From assembly GCA_951406725.2 (NCBI GenBank), contig OX597825.1, forward strand, positions 4,030,001-4,094,000: a DNA stretch of 64,000 nt, in the 5' to 3' direction. This stretch comes from Octopus vulgaris. Its lineage: Eukaryota. The stretch's first letter is position 1, and the number at the start of each line of letters is the position of its first letter. A model generated the notes under the pieces. The model made no database searches. It had not been told where the DNA came from and was given only the letters and a program-made list of their open reading frames with translations. Made by a program: the position numbers and the translations under genes. This document shows, one piece after another, positions 29,361 to 43,739 of this stretch.

Positions 29361-29614
29361 ATAAGAGGGATGACCACTTGGTGGACATCCATTATGCTAG
29401 AAATAGACTCAAAACTGTCTTGAACACTAAGAGAATATTGTTCTCAAGAAAATTCTACAAACGCCAGAACGTAGGCGAGCAAGACAATATGAAAAGATAC
29501 AAAATATAAAGATTAATCACAAACCCGGTTGAGAGCAATATTTTCTTAGTGGTCAAACCATATGGAGTCTACCTCTAGCAGAATAGATGTCCATTTAGTG
29601 GTCATTCCACTTAT
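29361..29614. mobile_element. MITE-like element with about 86-bp imperfect terminal inverted repeats
   Basis: Left arm 29361-29447 (ATAAGAGGGATGACCACTTGGTGGACATCC...AATATTGTTCTCAA) matches the reverse complement of 29529-29614 (ATAAGTGGAATGACCACTAAATGGACATCT...AATATTGCTCTCAA); TA-rich flanks. Confidence 0.8.
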
Positions 29615-32501
29615 TTATACGTAATATAATTTTTCTGAATCTTCAGATTCTTCAATATGCTAGTCCATTTGTTTTAAATTGCTAATAATCAGATTAATAT
29701 TTAATTTTTCACCCTTATTATTGAAATGTATATAGATGTAAATAATTTTAAAAATTAACAGTAAGTAGAGTAATCTAGAAATGCTACAATATTCTATATA
29801 GAATATCTTCCTGATCGCCAGATTCTTAGGTTTTTACATGAAACATTCTTCAGTCGGTATTCCATGCAAAGTATAAATTGTAGGAAGCTTGTGGAACTCT
29901 CAATCAAACTCAACCGCTTTGACATAACAAGTTAAGTAAGATAAGAAGCTGAAATTGAACAAAACCGAATGAATATGCACTTATAACTCACTTTTTTGAG
30001 ACATGAGTTTCAAACACCTTAACTGCGGGAGAAATAAATCAGCCAACATAATTATTATGTGTAGCTTGTAAATTTCGTATTTGATGCGGCAAATCGCGTA
30101 ACCGTGTGAATATGAGGCATATTTTCCTAATAGCGTTGAACATTTTAGTGAGTGTAAGTAAAGTATATGAAATTTGCTTACAACCGTCTGAACGATTAAA
30201 GTCTGAAGGAATTTTAATATTCCAAATGTTGTATTCAGATATGTAAATGATAGCTATCTTCTTATGAAGTCAATAGCAAGTTACGGTTCTATCATAACAA
30301 GTATCATGTCATGTTGTGGCTAGCAGAAACATAATTACTACTATACTATATTCGATTCACACATGCGTCGATATTAAGATATATCAAAAGTAAGTAATGC
30401 ATTTGTATGCATATTCGTACGTATTTATGCGAATGCTTAAATATGCGTTTTTGTGAGTGTATTTGCTTGGCATTTTTTATTGTTTTTTTTTGCTCTAAGC
30501 ACCTGTTATTAAAATGATTTTCGTGAATAACTTACGTTGAAACGAAGTTCGACGAGATCGCATCGGCGATCATGTTTAGACAAGCACGTGTCACTTGTAA
30601 CTATAGAAACGGTATTGTGTTCTTTCAGCTCACTCTGACACTTTGTATTCTTGCATTAGTTCCTCTTTACTTGTACATCACACAATGGCAATTTAATATA
30701 CTCCCAGTCATTTGGATGTAATTAACCAAAGATTTAGAAATTCAATTAACCAAGTGAATTTAAAGTATCTGATCGTTATCTGAATATTTAACATTATCCC
30801 GTAGGCTTCATTAGAATTGGTAATGCTTTCACAGAAGACATCCTTTCTCTCTGCTGCGAATATGTCATTATTACTACAAGACATGCATAGATAGTTATTA
30901 TTGATACGGCAAACTTACCAAGTTCTCTGCAGTATTTATGTCATCCTATTGATTATTCATGTTTCATTTATGTATTTATATATGCATGACGGTGTGTATA
31001 CATGCATGTGCCTATGTCTGTGCGTGTGTGTGTGTGTGTGTGCATGCAATCATGCACGTACACTTATACATAAATAATGCACACATATATACTTGCATAT
31101 GTAATAGGTGTATAAGTACACACTCACACACTTATATATTTCTTTATATTTATATTTCGTAGGAATCAAATGTGTCTCGGTAGCTAAGAGTTCCATATAT
31201 GGTATATATGTCAGTTGCCATGCGCTAACCCCACGACACAAATGACGCTTTTGAAATTGTATATATGCTCATCTAATGACTTGTATTTCTTTTGTTTGTT
31301 CTATGATGTGAGTATAATCGTTCGTATGTCTGCATGAGCGCCCGATCCCGTGCCCCTGTCTGTAGCGAAGCAGCTGATAAGTGGTTAACGTTGTTGGGCA
31401 ACGTATGTGCAAAAATCATACTGATTTCTAGAAGAGAGAAAAGAATAAAATATATTTATTCAATGCAACCCTCAGTGAATCAATCGTCAGGATCATATCC
31501 AACCCATTAACTTTCCACGAACTTGTAACAATCCCCTGCTGGCTATAATTGCTATAAAAATATTTTTAGAGATAACCATGGCTTGATTTAATCGCACTGC
31601 TAACACAGTAGATTAACTTATAAAGCGTTTAATATACTTTGAGTATGGTCTTCTCTTTTTCCTCTTTTACTTTTTTCCTATTCTTTCCTTTAACGTTTTT
31701 TGCTTTATGCTTTTGTACTGCTTCTATTCTAATCGTCCAATCATTATTGTTAGATTTATAGTGTCTAACTTGTGCATTTTAACGATACTTTTATATAGCT
31801 ATCCCTCCATTCCTTTGTGTACACGTGAAAGTATGTTTCGGATTTGAGTACGTGTCTTTGATAGCATGTTTGTGCATTCCTGCATAAGAATATATTGATT
31901 GTGCGTAGAAGTATGATAGCGCCATTTAACACTCCCACATCACATTGAAAACAGGCAAAATATTCACATGAACTCTCTCATTTTACTTCCCTGTTGAATT
32001 AGTATTATCTCTCTCGTTTGCGTCTCTTAAACCTTACCTTCCCAATCTGATTATTCCCTGGCATATCACGCTAAGTCCGATACACATACAACTTCACTAT
32101 GTCCCTAAAATCTCATAGCATTAAGGCCTAAGATCAGAATGGACCTTAGTCGGTTACCAGGATGAATATTCAAGTTTTCGTTCAACTACAACTTTTGCGC
32201 ATTCACATTTAACTAACTTAGTCACTGCTCGACATTCGTAAATGTCGCTTAATAGTATATGATAAGGTTAGACGTTGTTCACTACAAGATTCCTACATTC
32301 TTATCGCTGACGAATGTTCATTTGCAAAAATCAAATCTACCAAATATCGCGGTAAAGTACAGCTGCCGAATACATATTTTCCCTGAAATGTTATCAAATC
32401 AGGAAAATGGCAAATTCGAATGCACCTATGTCACATTTGCTGCTATTGCGTCAATTCGTTAAGCATAGGTTTCTGGAAACATACACAGCAGTGTATGGAA
32501 A

Positions 32502-32566
32502 TGTATGGAAACATATACAGCAGCACACCCGATGTGTATGGAAACATATACAGCAGCACACCCGAT
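32502..32566. repeat. Exact tandem duplication, 33-bp period
   Basis: TGTATGGAAACATATACAGCAGCACACCCGAT twice, preceded by a degenerate partial copy. Confidence 0.9.
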
Positions 32567-32641
32567 AGCATTACAGAACTGCATTCTAATAATTACCGTC
32601 ATCCTTACATTCTCTTCCTCTTTCTGAAGCTGAAGGAGAAG

Positions 32642-33060
<419 letters not shown>

Positions 33061-33094
33061 ATAAGAAGGAATGTAGTTTTCAAATGCTATAGAT

Positions 33095-33235
33095 ACTTTC
33101 AGTTTCCCTCTATGAAATATACTGCCATTGTTTTGCTGCCCAAGACGTTATTAGAATTCCTCGGTTCATGGTGCTATGTAGTGGGACTGAACCTGGAAAA
33201 TTGTTTTTGGAAGAAAATTTCTAACCCCATTGCTA
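33095..33235 (-). mobile_element. Decayed OR-type SINE 5' part
   Basis: CTTTCAGTTTCC...GTGGGACTGAACCTGG is the reverse of a tRNA-like B-box head. Confidence 0.55.
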
Positions 33236-34210
33236 GAGACGTGTATGGTTTGAGGGAGCGTGTGTAGTTCCTTCACTATACACCTTGATATATGTGCAAA
33301 TATACACACACACATCTAGGCACACATTTGTCTTGTTCCCACCATTGTCTGCTTCCATATACTTGTGTGCTGATCTATAAAATTTTATGGTCGTTTCTCA
33401 CTCATTCCCTCCCAATCACTCATTTTAGTTCTGTGCGTGTGTGTATATGTGTATGTGTGAGTGTGTGTGTGTCTGTGTTTGGGAATGGATTGTTGTGTTT
33501 CTATATGTATGTTATACCTTTAACTTACATCGTTGTATGTACGTTGTTGTGTTTCTAAGCAATTATCATTCGTTATGTGACGGAACGATCCCCCTCTATG
33601 TATGCACTCATACAAGGATATTCTATATGGCACTACAACAACATCAACTGCTGATATCTCTGATCTTTGAAATATGAATTTATTATCATAAAATACCATT
33701 AACTGTATATTTTAGAAACTTCTCGCGCATTGAATATAAAAAAAAATATAAAAACAGTATAGTTAAAGAAAAAATATAGATAAATCCCAAACAATACTTT
33801 TCATGCAGCATGAAGTGTCCCTACCTCCCGAAGTACCCACAATTTCAAAACTTTAATTAATTTTAGTATACGTTTGCTAGCATCTGGCGTAGCTTTTCTT
33901 CTCCATTCACATTACATTGAGAAGCATTTTACTGCATGCATCAAGGAAACACTACTTTCTTTCCAATCGTTCTGGTTATAAATTCACTCTTAATTCTTGC
34001 CACCCTAATAACATTTCACTCAAAGACGTAAGTATCAATGTATGAAAGCAATAGTCTCGTATATGCTTAGATATTTCACAAACTGAAATAGTGTTATTAT
34101 GTCTCTGCTCCGAATCATAGCTCTCTATTCTAATTTACAGTTCGTATTATATTCCCTTGTGTAGTGGTCTGAAGTATTAAGTTTTGACGTAGATTATCAC
34201 AAAAATTATT

Positions 34211-34920
34211 GGCGTATGGCCTAGTGGTTAGGGTATTGCAGAATCGTTAGCATGCCGGGCGAAATACCTAGCGGTATTTCGTCTGCGGCGATCTGGCAGA
34301 AACGTTAGCATGCAGGGCGGCAATGCTTTGCAGTATTTCGTCTGCCGCAACGTTTTGAGTTCAAATTCCGCCGAGGTCGACTTTGCCTTTCATCCTTTCG
34401 GGGTCGATTAAATAAGTACCAGTTACGCACTCTGGTCGATATAATCGACTTAATCCGTTTGTCTCTCCTTGTTTGTCCTCTCTGTGTTTAGCCTCTTGTG
34501 GGTAGTAAAGAAATAGGTATTTCGTCTGCCGCTACGTTCTGAGTTCAAATTCTGCCGAGCTCGACTTTGCCTTTCATCCTTTCGGAGTCGATTACATAAG
34601 TACCAGTTACGCACTGTGGTCGATATAATCGACTTAATCCGTTTGTCTGTCCTTGTTTGTCCTCTCTGTGTTTAGCCTCTTGTGGGTAGTAAAGAAATAG
34701 GTATTGGACACACAATCGTACGATTGTGGTTTCGATTCGTGGAGCGGGTGATGCATTGTGCTATTGAGAAAATCACTTCACGTTGCTCCAGTCCACTCAG
34801 CTGATAAAAGTAATCCTGCGACGGATTGTAGCCCTGTCCAGGTGGGAAATACATACGCCATGAAACCGGGAAACCGGAAATCATTTATGAGTCTGTATGA
34901 CTCGAGACTGTAGCTTTAAC
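34211..34920 (+). mobile_element. tRNA-headed host SINE interrupted by a SINE array
   Basis: Head GGCGTATGGCCTAGTGGTTAGGGTATTG at 34211-34238 resumes at about 34707 (GACACACAATCGTACGATTGTGGTTTCGATTC); an uninterrupted relative lies at 58570-58810. Confidence 0.85.
34239..34700 (+). mobile_element. Young SINE (1840 family): partial head, full copy and a 184-bp tandem duplicate
   Basis: 34333-34516 and 34517-34700 are near-identical (GTATTTCGTCTGCCGC...GTAGTAAAGAAATAG). Confidence 0.9.
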
Positions 34921-37125
34921 TTTGAGTCCTTTTACTAAATATGGGGTGGAATATTAGTGGGGCAAAAAACATTTCCTAAAATACGTTATTGCCTATTTCA
35001 AACTCCAAATAACCTCAAACGAGCAGACGCCTATGTTATGTCTGTAAGCATGCGTGTGTATGTGTGAATGAGCACTGGGGCGTGTATGTGTGTGTGCAGG
35101 CAAGTGTGTATGTGTGCGCGTGTGTATCTGCGTAGTAGTGAGTACACGGCTATTGCTAGAAATCTCAGTTTAAACTAAACATATAGAAATCATTATAGAT
35201 TTATTCGTAGATCGAATTTAAGTAAGCAAATTATCTGGTTCACACCAGGTATGGACTCAGTCTTAGGTCATCGCAACTCACGTTTGGCTTAGTACTAATT
35301 ACCAACAACAATATACAGTAAACCATTATAAACCTCTCATCCATTAATGTATATACGTAATATTCGTGTGAATACTTAGCATAACATATGGTCATGTTAT
35401 CCCTGCTGTTTTCCTTCCAACAGACTTTCCTTAAATTCTACTTATATTTATTTATTAAATGTTGTTAATTTCCTAATATTTTCTAAATTTCTTTTTCTTA
35501 CATTTATTGTCGTGCGCCACATTAATGCTTACTACGCCACTCAAGTCAATTCTTTTATGGTAAGTGTACTCTGTCACCATTACTACATCTACATTTTCAC
35601 ATGTTTTATATACTTGACTGTTACTTTTTTAAATATTGATGTGTTTGGCTTAAAGTGTACTTCGAGGTCTTCGAAAGTAGGATAAATGGACATGAGTATT
35701 TGTTTTCATCTCTCACTACTCCGAGATCAAATTTGATCTTCAGAGTTTCGGGATTGGAGATAAAAATGTAATCAACGCTTTCTATCCGTTGTTTTTTCGC
35801 TTTCTTCCACTTCACTCTCAGTCTCTCTTCGCTCTCATTCACAATGATCGGCTACATTTGGCTGTTACACTGTTAATGACCACATTCTACCGAGACCACC
35901 AAAAAATGAACTTCTTCTCGTACAGAATGGAATATAAATAAGTTATAATTAAAAATTATTATTGCGCTATTTTGCATACGTAGTTCTTCAGGCATACATG
36001 TTTTTTAAATATATTTGTAACCTTTTAAATATTTATGATAATTAATGAACCGTTTCAACTTTGGATATTTGAATCTTTCTTCTCTGTAATTTAATGTTAT
36101 GTTTCTGTTTATTTTTCGTTTCGACATCTGCCCATATTTCATTGTAAGAGGTCTCTTCTAGCACATATTTCGCATGGCTAACAGGATTTTTGCCATTGCA
36201 TTTTTAGTTGAAAGATTTAATCTGGATCTATGCTTTGCAATTTTCATGTCAGAATGTGTATAACGCATTGCCATTGGTGTGCATTTGTATAACTATGGGG
36301 TGTTTCTAATTGTTGTTTGCGTGTGTGTTTGTTCATGTGTACATGTGTATATGGCTATGCCTCGTTGTGTAATCTGTAAAAGATACAGATTAATACTTTA
36401 AACTATTAGACGTTATCATTTTCATCAATTGCATCTCTAAACTGCTAATTAATATCGCACACATAATATTAGTAATTGATTCGAAATTCGAATCGTGAAT
36501 CAAATTTCATCAAAATACAAATTATCAGAGTGAATTGAACCAAAATGTCCTTGAACTAATATGGCAGATTCTTGCAAAAATATGAAGATCAGGTTGACTT
36601 CAAGCAAAACGTTGAATGTTTGAAAACCATATTGTCAAAATAATTTGAACCATCATACACACGATTCTTAAAATTAGCACATAAAAGCCGGAATTCGGAG
36701 AAATTAGTCTTGATTTGAATTGTAAAAGTTAACTCAAAGGAGAATCCATAAAAACATTTCGTACGCTACTTTCAGTTGCTGTGAGTATATCGTCGAGTTT
36801 ATGTATTCTGTTCTTCAAACAAAAGAAAGATTGAACAATTCGTCGCATTGACTACAGATACGCAAACGATGTACGCAGCTGAGTGAAATATCGACGAGAC
36901 AGGGAGGTGGCATACATTGTGTTTGGCCAAAGGGACAAAATATGAATCAAGTAAAGAAGGGAGACGACAGAAGATATCTACATCAAATTGCTAACCAAAA
37001 ACAAAAGCGAAGTCAATTGAAGAAGAGTTTGTAAAATTTAGACAAGCAAAGACACTTTTATTAGGTTATCTGAAAATGGTTTAGAACAATAAATCTCATT
37101 TAATTAAACATGCGTATTATATGTG

Positions 37126-37163
<38 letters not shown>

Positions 37164-37349
37164 ATGTTGTGAAATTGTTAGGATATATTTTCTTCACATT
37201 CGGGTGTTTTAAGGTTGTATTCAGTAGCTGTATGCTGATATATAGGAAGTCTGATGCCATAAGAGTTTTGGATTTTCAAGCGTACTAAAGCTGGGTAGTT
37301 TTCTAATATATCGTTTGGACTTAAGAGACCAAGAGACACACACAGTCAC

Positions 37350-37740
37350 ACTTTCGCTTTGACGTCACGTCAATTATCTAAAATTTCGTTTTCCATTTCA
37401 AGAGTGTAAACCGTGATTTGAATTATATGGATGCTAATTTAATAATTACGGGCGGACAGAGTTGTTCATACCCGATTGGTTATAAGATGAAGCACTGACA
37501 TCGACTGCAAATTCAATTGAAAAAAGAGGCATACATTCAATGCGTTAGTACGACAAATATTATGTGAATTTAAAAGAAATACATCACGACATTTTATTAT
37601 AGGCTTTCTCCGTTCGGTGTGATGGGAGATATAACGCCAACAACAACAACAGCAACAACAGCGTTCTGTACGTTGTTTGTAATAGATACAGAATAGAACC
37701 AATAGTACGAAATCGTATGAGTGAGTGTGGCCGATTGGTG
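37350..37740. promoter_or_regulatory. Promoter-like motif cluster
   Basis: CRE TGACGTCA 37360-37367, GC box GGGCGG 37450-37455, CCAAT boxes (ATTGG near 37475 and 37734, CCAAT 37699) in non-repetitive sequence. Confidence 0.3.
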
Positions 37741-38552
37741 ACTGAATATGTAACACGGCAAACAAGGCATTCAAAGCTTTTGGTGACACAATGTTCTGCT
37801 ACTCGAAGGAAACATTCACACAGACACACTCTCAAAAATATATACACAGATGATAAGACTACATAAGCAGCGGGACAGAAAGACAGAGACGGAAGAAGAG
37901 AGAGAGAGAGAGAGAGGAAGAGAAGAGGAAGAGAAGCAGAGAGAAACGTAACAGAGAATGAAAGGGAAATTAAGAAACATTAAGATACGTCGGATGTAAA
38001 GTCTTCGTCAAGTCAACAATGGCAAATAGACTATGCCATACCTGTCATACACGTAATAAAAATATATATACAGTGTACGTTATAGGGACATCTTAGCGGA
38101 TAGCAATTTGTACATAACTCACTCTCAAGTGGGAATTCATCAACAAGATATTTTACAAACAACTTGCACATGCAAGTGCTGCCAGTCGAAAGCGCCACAT
38201 GGCGGAATCCACCAAGCGTATGGGGTGACCAGGAGAGAAAGCGCGCCTTTTCGGGGACTACATTTCGACGGCATCAATGCGCATCGCCCCCGTCACTGAT
38301 AGGAGGTTCCGCTTGCTAGATCAACTGGTTATCAAATAAAGCTCAATATTCTTCAAGCCATCGCTCATCGTATCTTGTTTTTTTATCAAATACAGTTGCT
38401 AGCTTTTTCCGCTGTAGATAGATAGATTGATGCATTGATGAAACCTTTTCGGCATCTGATTCTTGACTATGTGTATGAGTGTTTGTCTATGTAAATGAAT
38501 CCATTCACGTATATACGTCCAGATATGTATGTGTACATATGTGAATACGTGA

Positions 38553-38555
38553 AAT

Positions 38556-38594
<39 letters not shown>

Positions 38595-38651
38595 TAGATA
38601 GATAGATAAATAAATATATATATAAATAAATATATATATATATATATATAC

Positions 38652-38712
<61 letters not shown>

Positions 38713-38717
38713 TAGAT

Positions 38718-38758
<41 letters not shown>

Positions 38759-38820
38759 GAGATAGATAGAGAGATAGACAGACAGGTAGATAAATAGATA
38801 GATAGTTAGATAGATAGATA
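38553..38820. repeat. Compound (GACA)n/(TA)n/(GATA)n microsatellite
   Basis: Seen directly. Confidence 0.95.
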
Positions 38821-40146
38821 GAAAACTTTGCGGCATCCGATTCTGCGTACGTGTGTGGGTGTTTGTCTGTGTAAATGAATGTATATATGTCCATACATGT
38901 ATATGTGTACGTATGTGTATCCGTGAGTGTGCGGTAATATATATTATAATTTTTCTGTAGAATTACATTTAAGTTAAAGTTATTCTTCCGTATCTTTCAT
39001 ATTCGATCCGATTTTGCAGTTCTCTTTTCCTTTCATCTTTCACGTTTCCCCATTTCAGTTTGTTTCTCTACTCCTTCAACGATGTCTGCAGAAATCCTTC
39101 TTGTTTTTTTTTCTCTTTTAATACATTACATATTTTCAATAAATGGCGGAGACTACTACTATTATTTTTACTTATGCAGTCAGTTAAAAAAGTTACTTTT
39201 ATATTTTCGCAATATAACGGATTAGTAATAAGAGTTATTGTATCATTTCGCTTTCTTAAACATCCAGTCAAACAGAGGAAGTGAAATACTCATTGTCGTT
39301 TGGGAAATATTCTGTATTTCTGTATTTTGTTCTATTTTAAAATAGCCACACTTATCCTTTTAAATAAATGCCATCTTCCATTTTTTTCCTCTTACAAAAT
39401 TGTTTAGCTTTGGATAGCTGCTAATGTGAAATTTCTTCTAAAGCGATTGGCATTTGATTTCAGTACAATAAAGTGCACTATGAAACCTACTTGGAAATAA
39501 TACCAGACTCTATAGACTGGACATACAAATCATTGTTGCTTTGCGCTTACTTCCTTCTGAATTATTCATCATTGTCGTGTGCATTCAAAGCGAGAAAGCA
39601 GCTTGCAAATTTATTCAAACTAAGACTTCACTCTTATCATCGAGTGTATTTTGATGAATGACGGAAAGGTACTTAGTTATAAATAACTGTAATAAATTCA
39701 TGCTAAGGACTGTTAGATTAATTTTCATGGCTGAGTGAATAGATTGTGAGATTTCGTGTAGGCATAATACATTTAAATATAAACTTTTTAAATGTGCAAT
39801 TAGATTGCAGCAATGGAGTTTGAATGCGAGAATGATGGTAAGTGTTCGAATCGAGCCATGTTTACACAAATCAATTCACACACACATCTAAATCTTGGTA
39901 CGTACGGATGAAAGTATATTTATAAGCGTGTATGTAGTATACGCGTGCATACACATAAGCATATTTGGCCATAGCAGAGAAAAATTCTGGCTTCATATAC
40001 TAGTTTGCCACTTTTTCATTTTCATTCACTTTTTAAAGTAGCTGCGTTTTAAATACATATAAGGTTTTTGTCATACGTCCTACATTCCACTTATATTTAT
40101 TTATTGGCGTTAATTTTATTATTTATTTATTTATTACTTTCAACAG

Positions 40147-40301
40147 ATAGTGAGAGGGGGGTTGAAAGTGTTGATATCTCATGCATTACAAACATGGACT
40201 GTTTAACTTGTACAAGGAGATTACTATTGGCACGGAAACAATATGAAATAAGAACTAAAATCTCTAGATTGCCATCAGATCAGTAGTTCACGAAGCGGTT
40301 T
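40147..40301 (+). other. Exon-like block with strong splice sites, no open frame
   Basis: Acceptor TTATTACTTTCAACAG, donor TTT|GTAAGT; 155 nt; stops in all three frames. Confidence 0.3.
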
Positions 40302-41719
40302 GTAAGTTGTGTTGTGCGATGCTTCGTCTTGACTTATAGAACTGATGTAGAGAGGCAAAACTCCTGTGTGTCAATCTGAAGCTGCATGTAATTTGGTAAA
40401 TTAGGAGTTCAGCCCTTATTTTAATTGCAATAGAATACGTAAAATTCTGACAAGAGAAACACGTACCTGAGTCTGCGTCTTTTAGGGAACCCTACATACT
40501 TAATTTGCATGTCCGTAAGTACGTGCTGTGCTGTGCCCACTTATGATTCATTAATTATTGTTGTTGTTATTGTTGTTGTTGTTCTAGCAATTATAGCTTT
40601 TGCTATTGTTGCGATTTGTCATACCGTAAAATTCGCGTAAAAAGTTTTGTGTTTCCTAACTCCTTGTGAGTTTCCTAATTCCTCACGAGTTTATTAATAC
40701 CCCTTTCTCACTGATGTAATCATCTGCCGCGCTGTTATCACGCCCACTCCGTTGTAGCAGTATACTTAGACCGTCTACTTCATACTTTCTACAGACTGAC
40801 TGAAAGTATTTATAATGTCTACCACATACAACACATCACGTGGGAGTGTGTATCATTATAACTGTTATCCAGATAACACTCATCTTTCAAGCTTCAGCTC
40901 CGTCTCCCGGATATTTTCACACATTGAACATTTTCAGAAGGCGTACTTACACTTTGAGTTGCCAGACGTCAATGGAAGTCATATCAAGTTGAATGAGATA
41001 TATAATTTCTTTTTGGCATTATAGATGTTTATATACAAAATATTAATACCTCTTTCTTTCTTGCATTCGGCTAAACTCTGCAAAATGTAAGATTATTTGG
41101 AATTGACACGAACTATAAAGAGTTTTCGCAGTTTCTTAATATTAAACCAAGAAGGGAAATAAACGCCATATTAGTGCATGCAAATACAATATTGATATTA
41201 TATGGAGCGCCATGCATTAATACTAAATATCTTTCGGAATATGAATATTCTATGAACATTAAATATGGATCCACATGCTAAAACATATAAGTTTATATTA
41301 ATTTATGTATTCGCATGAATATTTGCATTTTCTAAGTCTCAACATTCACTGAAGCGTAAGAAGTATATAAGGAATTTTCCGTTCAGGTTACGTTCCGAAT
41401 AAATATATTTCAAACAATTGACAATTGATAGCGTCTGAATGGTATTTCGTGTTATTCTTTCTTTCATATCGATATAATGGATACTAAACACATTGACAAT
41501 AAAATGAACTGAATGTAAATCAACATACACATATCCTTACAGAAACACAACTTATGCATATATTAATACACACGCACACATATACTCATGCACATTTGCA
41601 TACATACATAGAATACAAATGTAGAAACATCGATAAATATGCAAATGAATCAGTTAGCGGTGTGTCTGGAAGCGAATACAGCCATAAATATGATTCCAAT
41701 TTCAAGTATATAGGGCTAA

Positions 41720-42300
41720 CAACATACTTCGATGGAAGGAAAATATGGCAGAATGTTTGTTTGTGTTGTTAGAAAAGATGAGGGAGTCGAGATTAACGCG
41801 TTGTTGCTGTTGGCATCGATGTTTAGAAGGTTAGCTTCAAAACGTGCCTCATCTGCTTGCATTAATTTCTGCATCGCTGGCATAGCTAGCAAGTATGACA
41901 CTCTTTGTAACTGATAGCATGTCCGACATAGCCAACAAAAAACAGCAGAGCCCCCAGGGCAATTCCCTGTGACACTCCACTCCTTATCATTGTCTGAAGC
42001 CTTCCTTTTGTTTTTCAGTCATTTAAGTATTCCCGTAGTCTACGTAGACTGTGATTATACCGAGATCAAGCTTATGAAAGACCTTTGCAAAATTGTGATA
42101 CAACGCATTGACATTTCAGCGATTCATTTGTTGAATGATGCAGAGGAAGCTTCTTCTGGAGCAAGTCAAGATGGTGGTCAGGGAACAAATCATCCTATTT
42201 TAAGAACGAGTTATGGAATTACTCTCAATTACCTGCATTCTGCATATTTTGTGATTCTGGCACTCCAAATTCAATATTGCGTTCCAATTTTGACTAAGAA
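41720..42300 (+). mobile_element. CRE-like non-LTR retrotransposon remnant
   Basis: VVRKDEGVEINALLLLASMFRRLASKRA resembles CRE ALxKKDGGIRPIAVGxTLRRLASK; downstream EASSGASQDGGQG resembles QASLPVRxGGLG. Confidence 0.45.
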
Positions 42301-42582
42301 TTATAAAGTAGCACACAAGGCTCTGGAGGCCATAAACCATATTATGGCGAAAATTTGAAGTAACAGTTAACGATATGTATGCAGTAGTTTGTGTGTAAAG
42401 GAATGCGTTTGGGTTGGAGTGTGGCGAGCGTTGGTTAGGTTGTAAGTACCACTGAAATTCTATGCATGTTGTGGTAATGATTCACAAAAATATTAGCCTT
42501 GGGAAGACACATTTCACCTCATCTGTAACCTTAAATTGCTTCGCTACTTAATACAATGTCCTTTTTGTATTTGAAGACATAC

Positions 42583-42800
42583 TGGTTTCAAATTTTGTCG
42601 CGAGGCCAGAAAGTTTGGTGTGAGAATGTAAATCAATATCATTGACCGCAATACTCAACTGCTACCTATTTATCGATAGCAAATAGTTAAATGTTAAAGA
42701 AGTCGATCTCGACAGAAATTCAATCGAAACATGAAAACAACTGGAATACTGCTGAGCAATTTGCCAGATGTGGTGGTGTTTCTGCCAGTTCACTGCCTTC
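42583..42800 (-). mobile_element. SINE, 1840 family, decayed
   Basis: GGTTTCAAATTTTG...TACCTATTTATCGA...TTCTGCCAGTTCACTGCCTT is the reverse of head, core and tail. Confidence 0.7.
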
Positions 42801-42922
42801 GCGCTTAACGTCATTTTAATTTCTTATTCATTTCGCGTCCCAGTGTTGTGTGCGTGTAAATACGCGCTCACGTACACACGCACCTAACCTCCCCCAACAC
42901 AAGCACACGATATCCCCTATAT

Positions 42923-42965
<43 letters not shown>

Positions 42966-43739
42966 TATAGCCTAATATATACACGTGTGTATGTATATAT
43001 ATATATAGCCATATACTTACATATATACTTAGACACACGCACGCGTGGGCGCGCTCACACACATATATATATGCATATATGTATGTACGTATAATATTAG
43101 CAAGGTATATTAAGTTTATCAAATTAATACTATTCAACATTAAATTCTAACAGTATTATTCAATGCGACTATTGATTAATTTCGAAATGGATATTTATAT
43201 ATTGAAAATAAAAACATAATCGATTATATTCTAAGAGCTCTTATTGTATGCTTTATATGTCCTCTAAGTAGGGTTGTGTATACGATTCCAGAAAGATTAG
43301 ACGGAAAAGAATATTCCACTTCACATTTTACAAAATATAAGACTTGTTTTCTGAAATAATTAGAGACAATTGAATTAGTTATTTCTAAAATAGAAAATCA
43401 AACGAACTACTCAACGTACGTGGGAACGTTTTAAATAGCGTCATATTGTCACGTGATTTGCAAAACCATTTAATTTTTATATTTCACTTTGTATAATTTC
43501 ACGTTCAATTGAGATTTCTATTAATCATTACTCGCTACGGAAGAGAAAAAGGTGGTTGAAGAATATACGCGTTTGCTTTCTAAACTGATTTTCAAATATA
43601 TCTCTTCATATTTTGTTAGTAATAAATATGTTATCGTAATTTTGTGTTCCTGTAACCATAATAGTAATTATTATTTGTTGAATGCCATACTTGAGATTTT
43701 GGGTACCAGGCGTAGTAGAAGCAGTTTCTGAATTACATC

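Noticed and set aside
34211-34240. tRNA gene
   Set aside because: tRNA-derived SINE head, interrupted and without a cloverleaf
35621-35842. 73-aa ORF
   Set aside because: No recognisable motif or splice context
41716-41901. Protein-like minus-strand ORF (MQKLMQADEARFEANLL)
   Set aside because: Better explained as the antisense of the CRE-like RT motif on the plus strand
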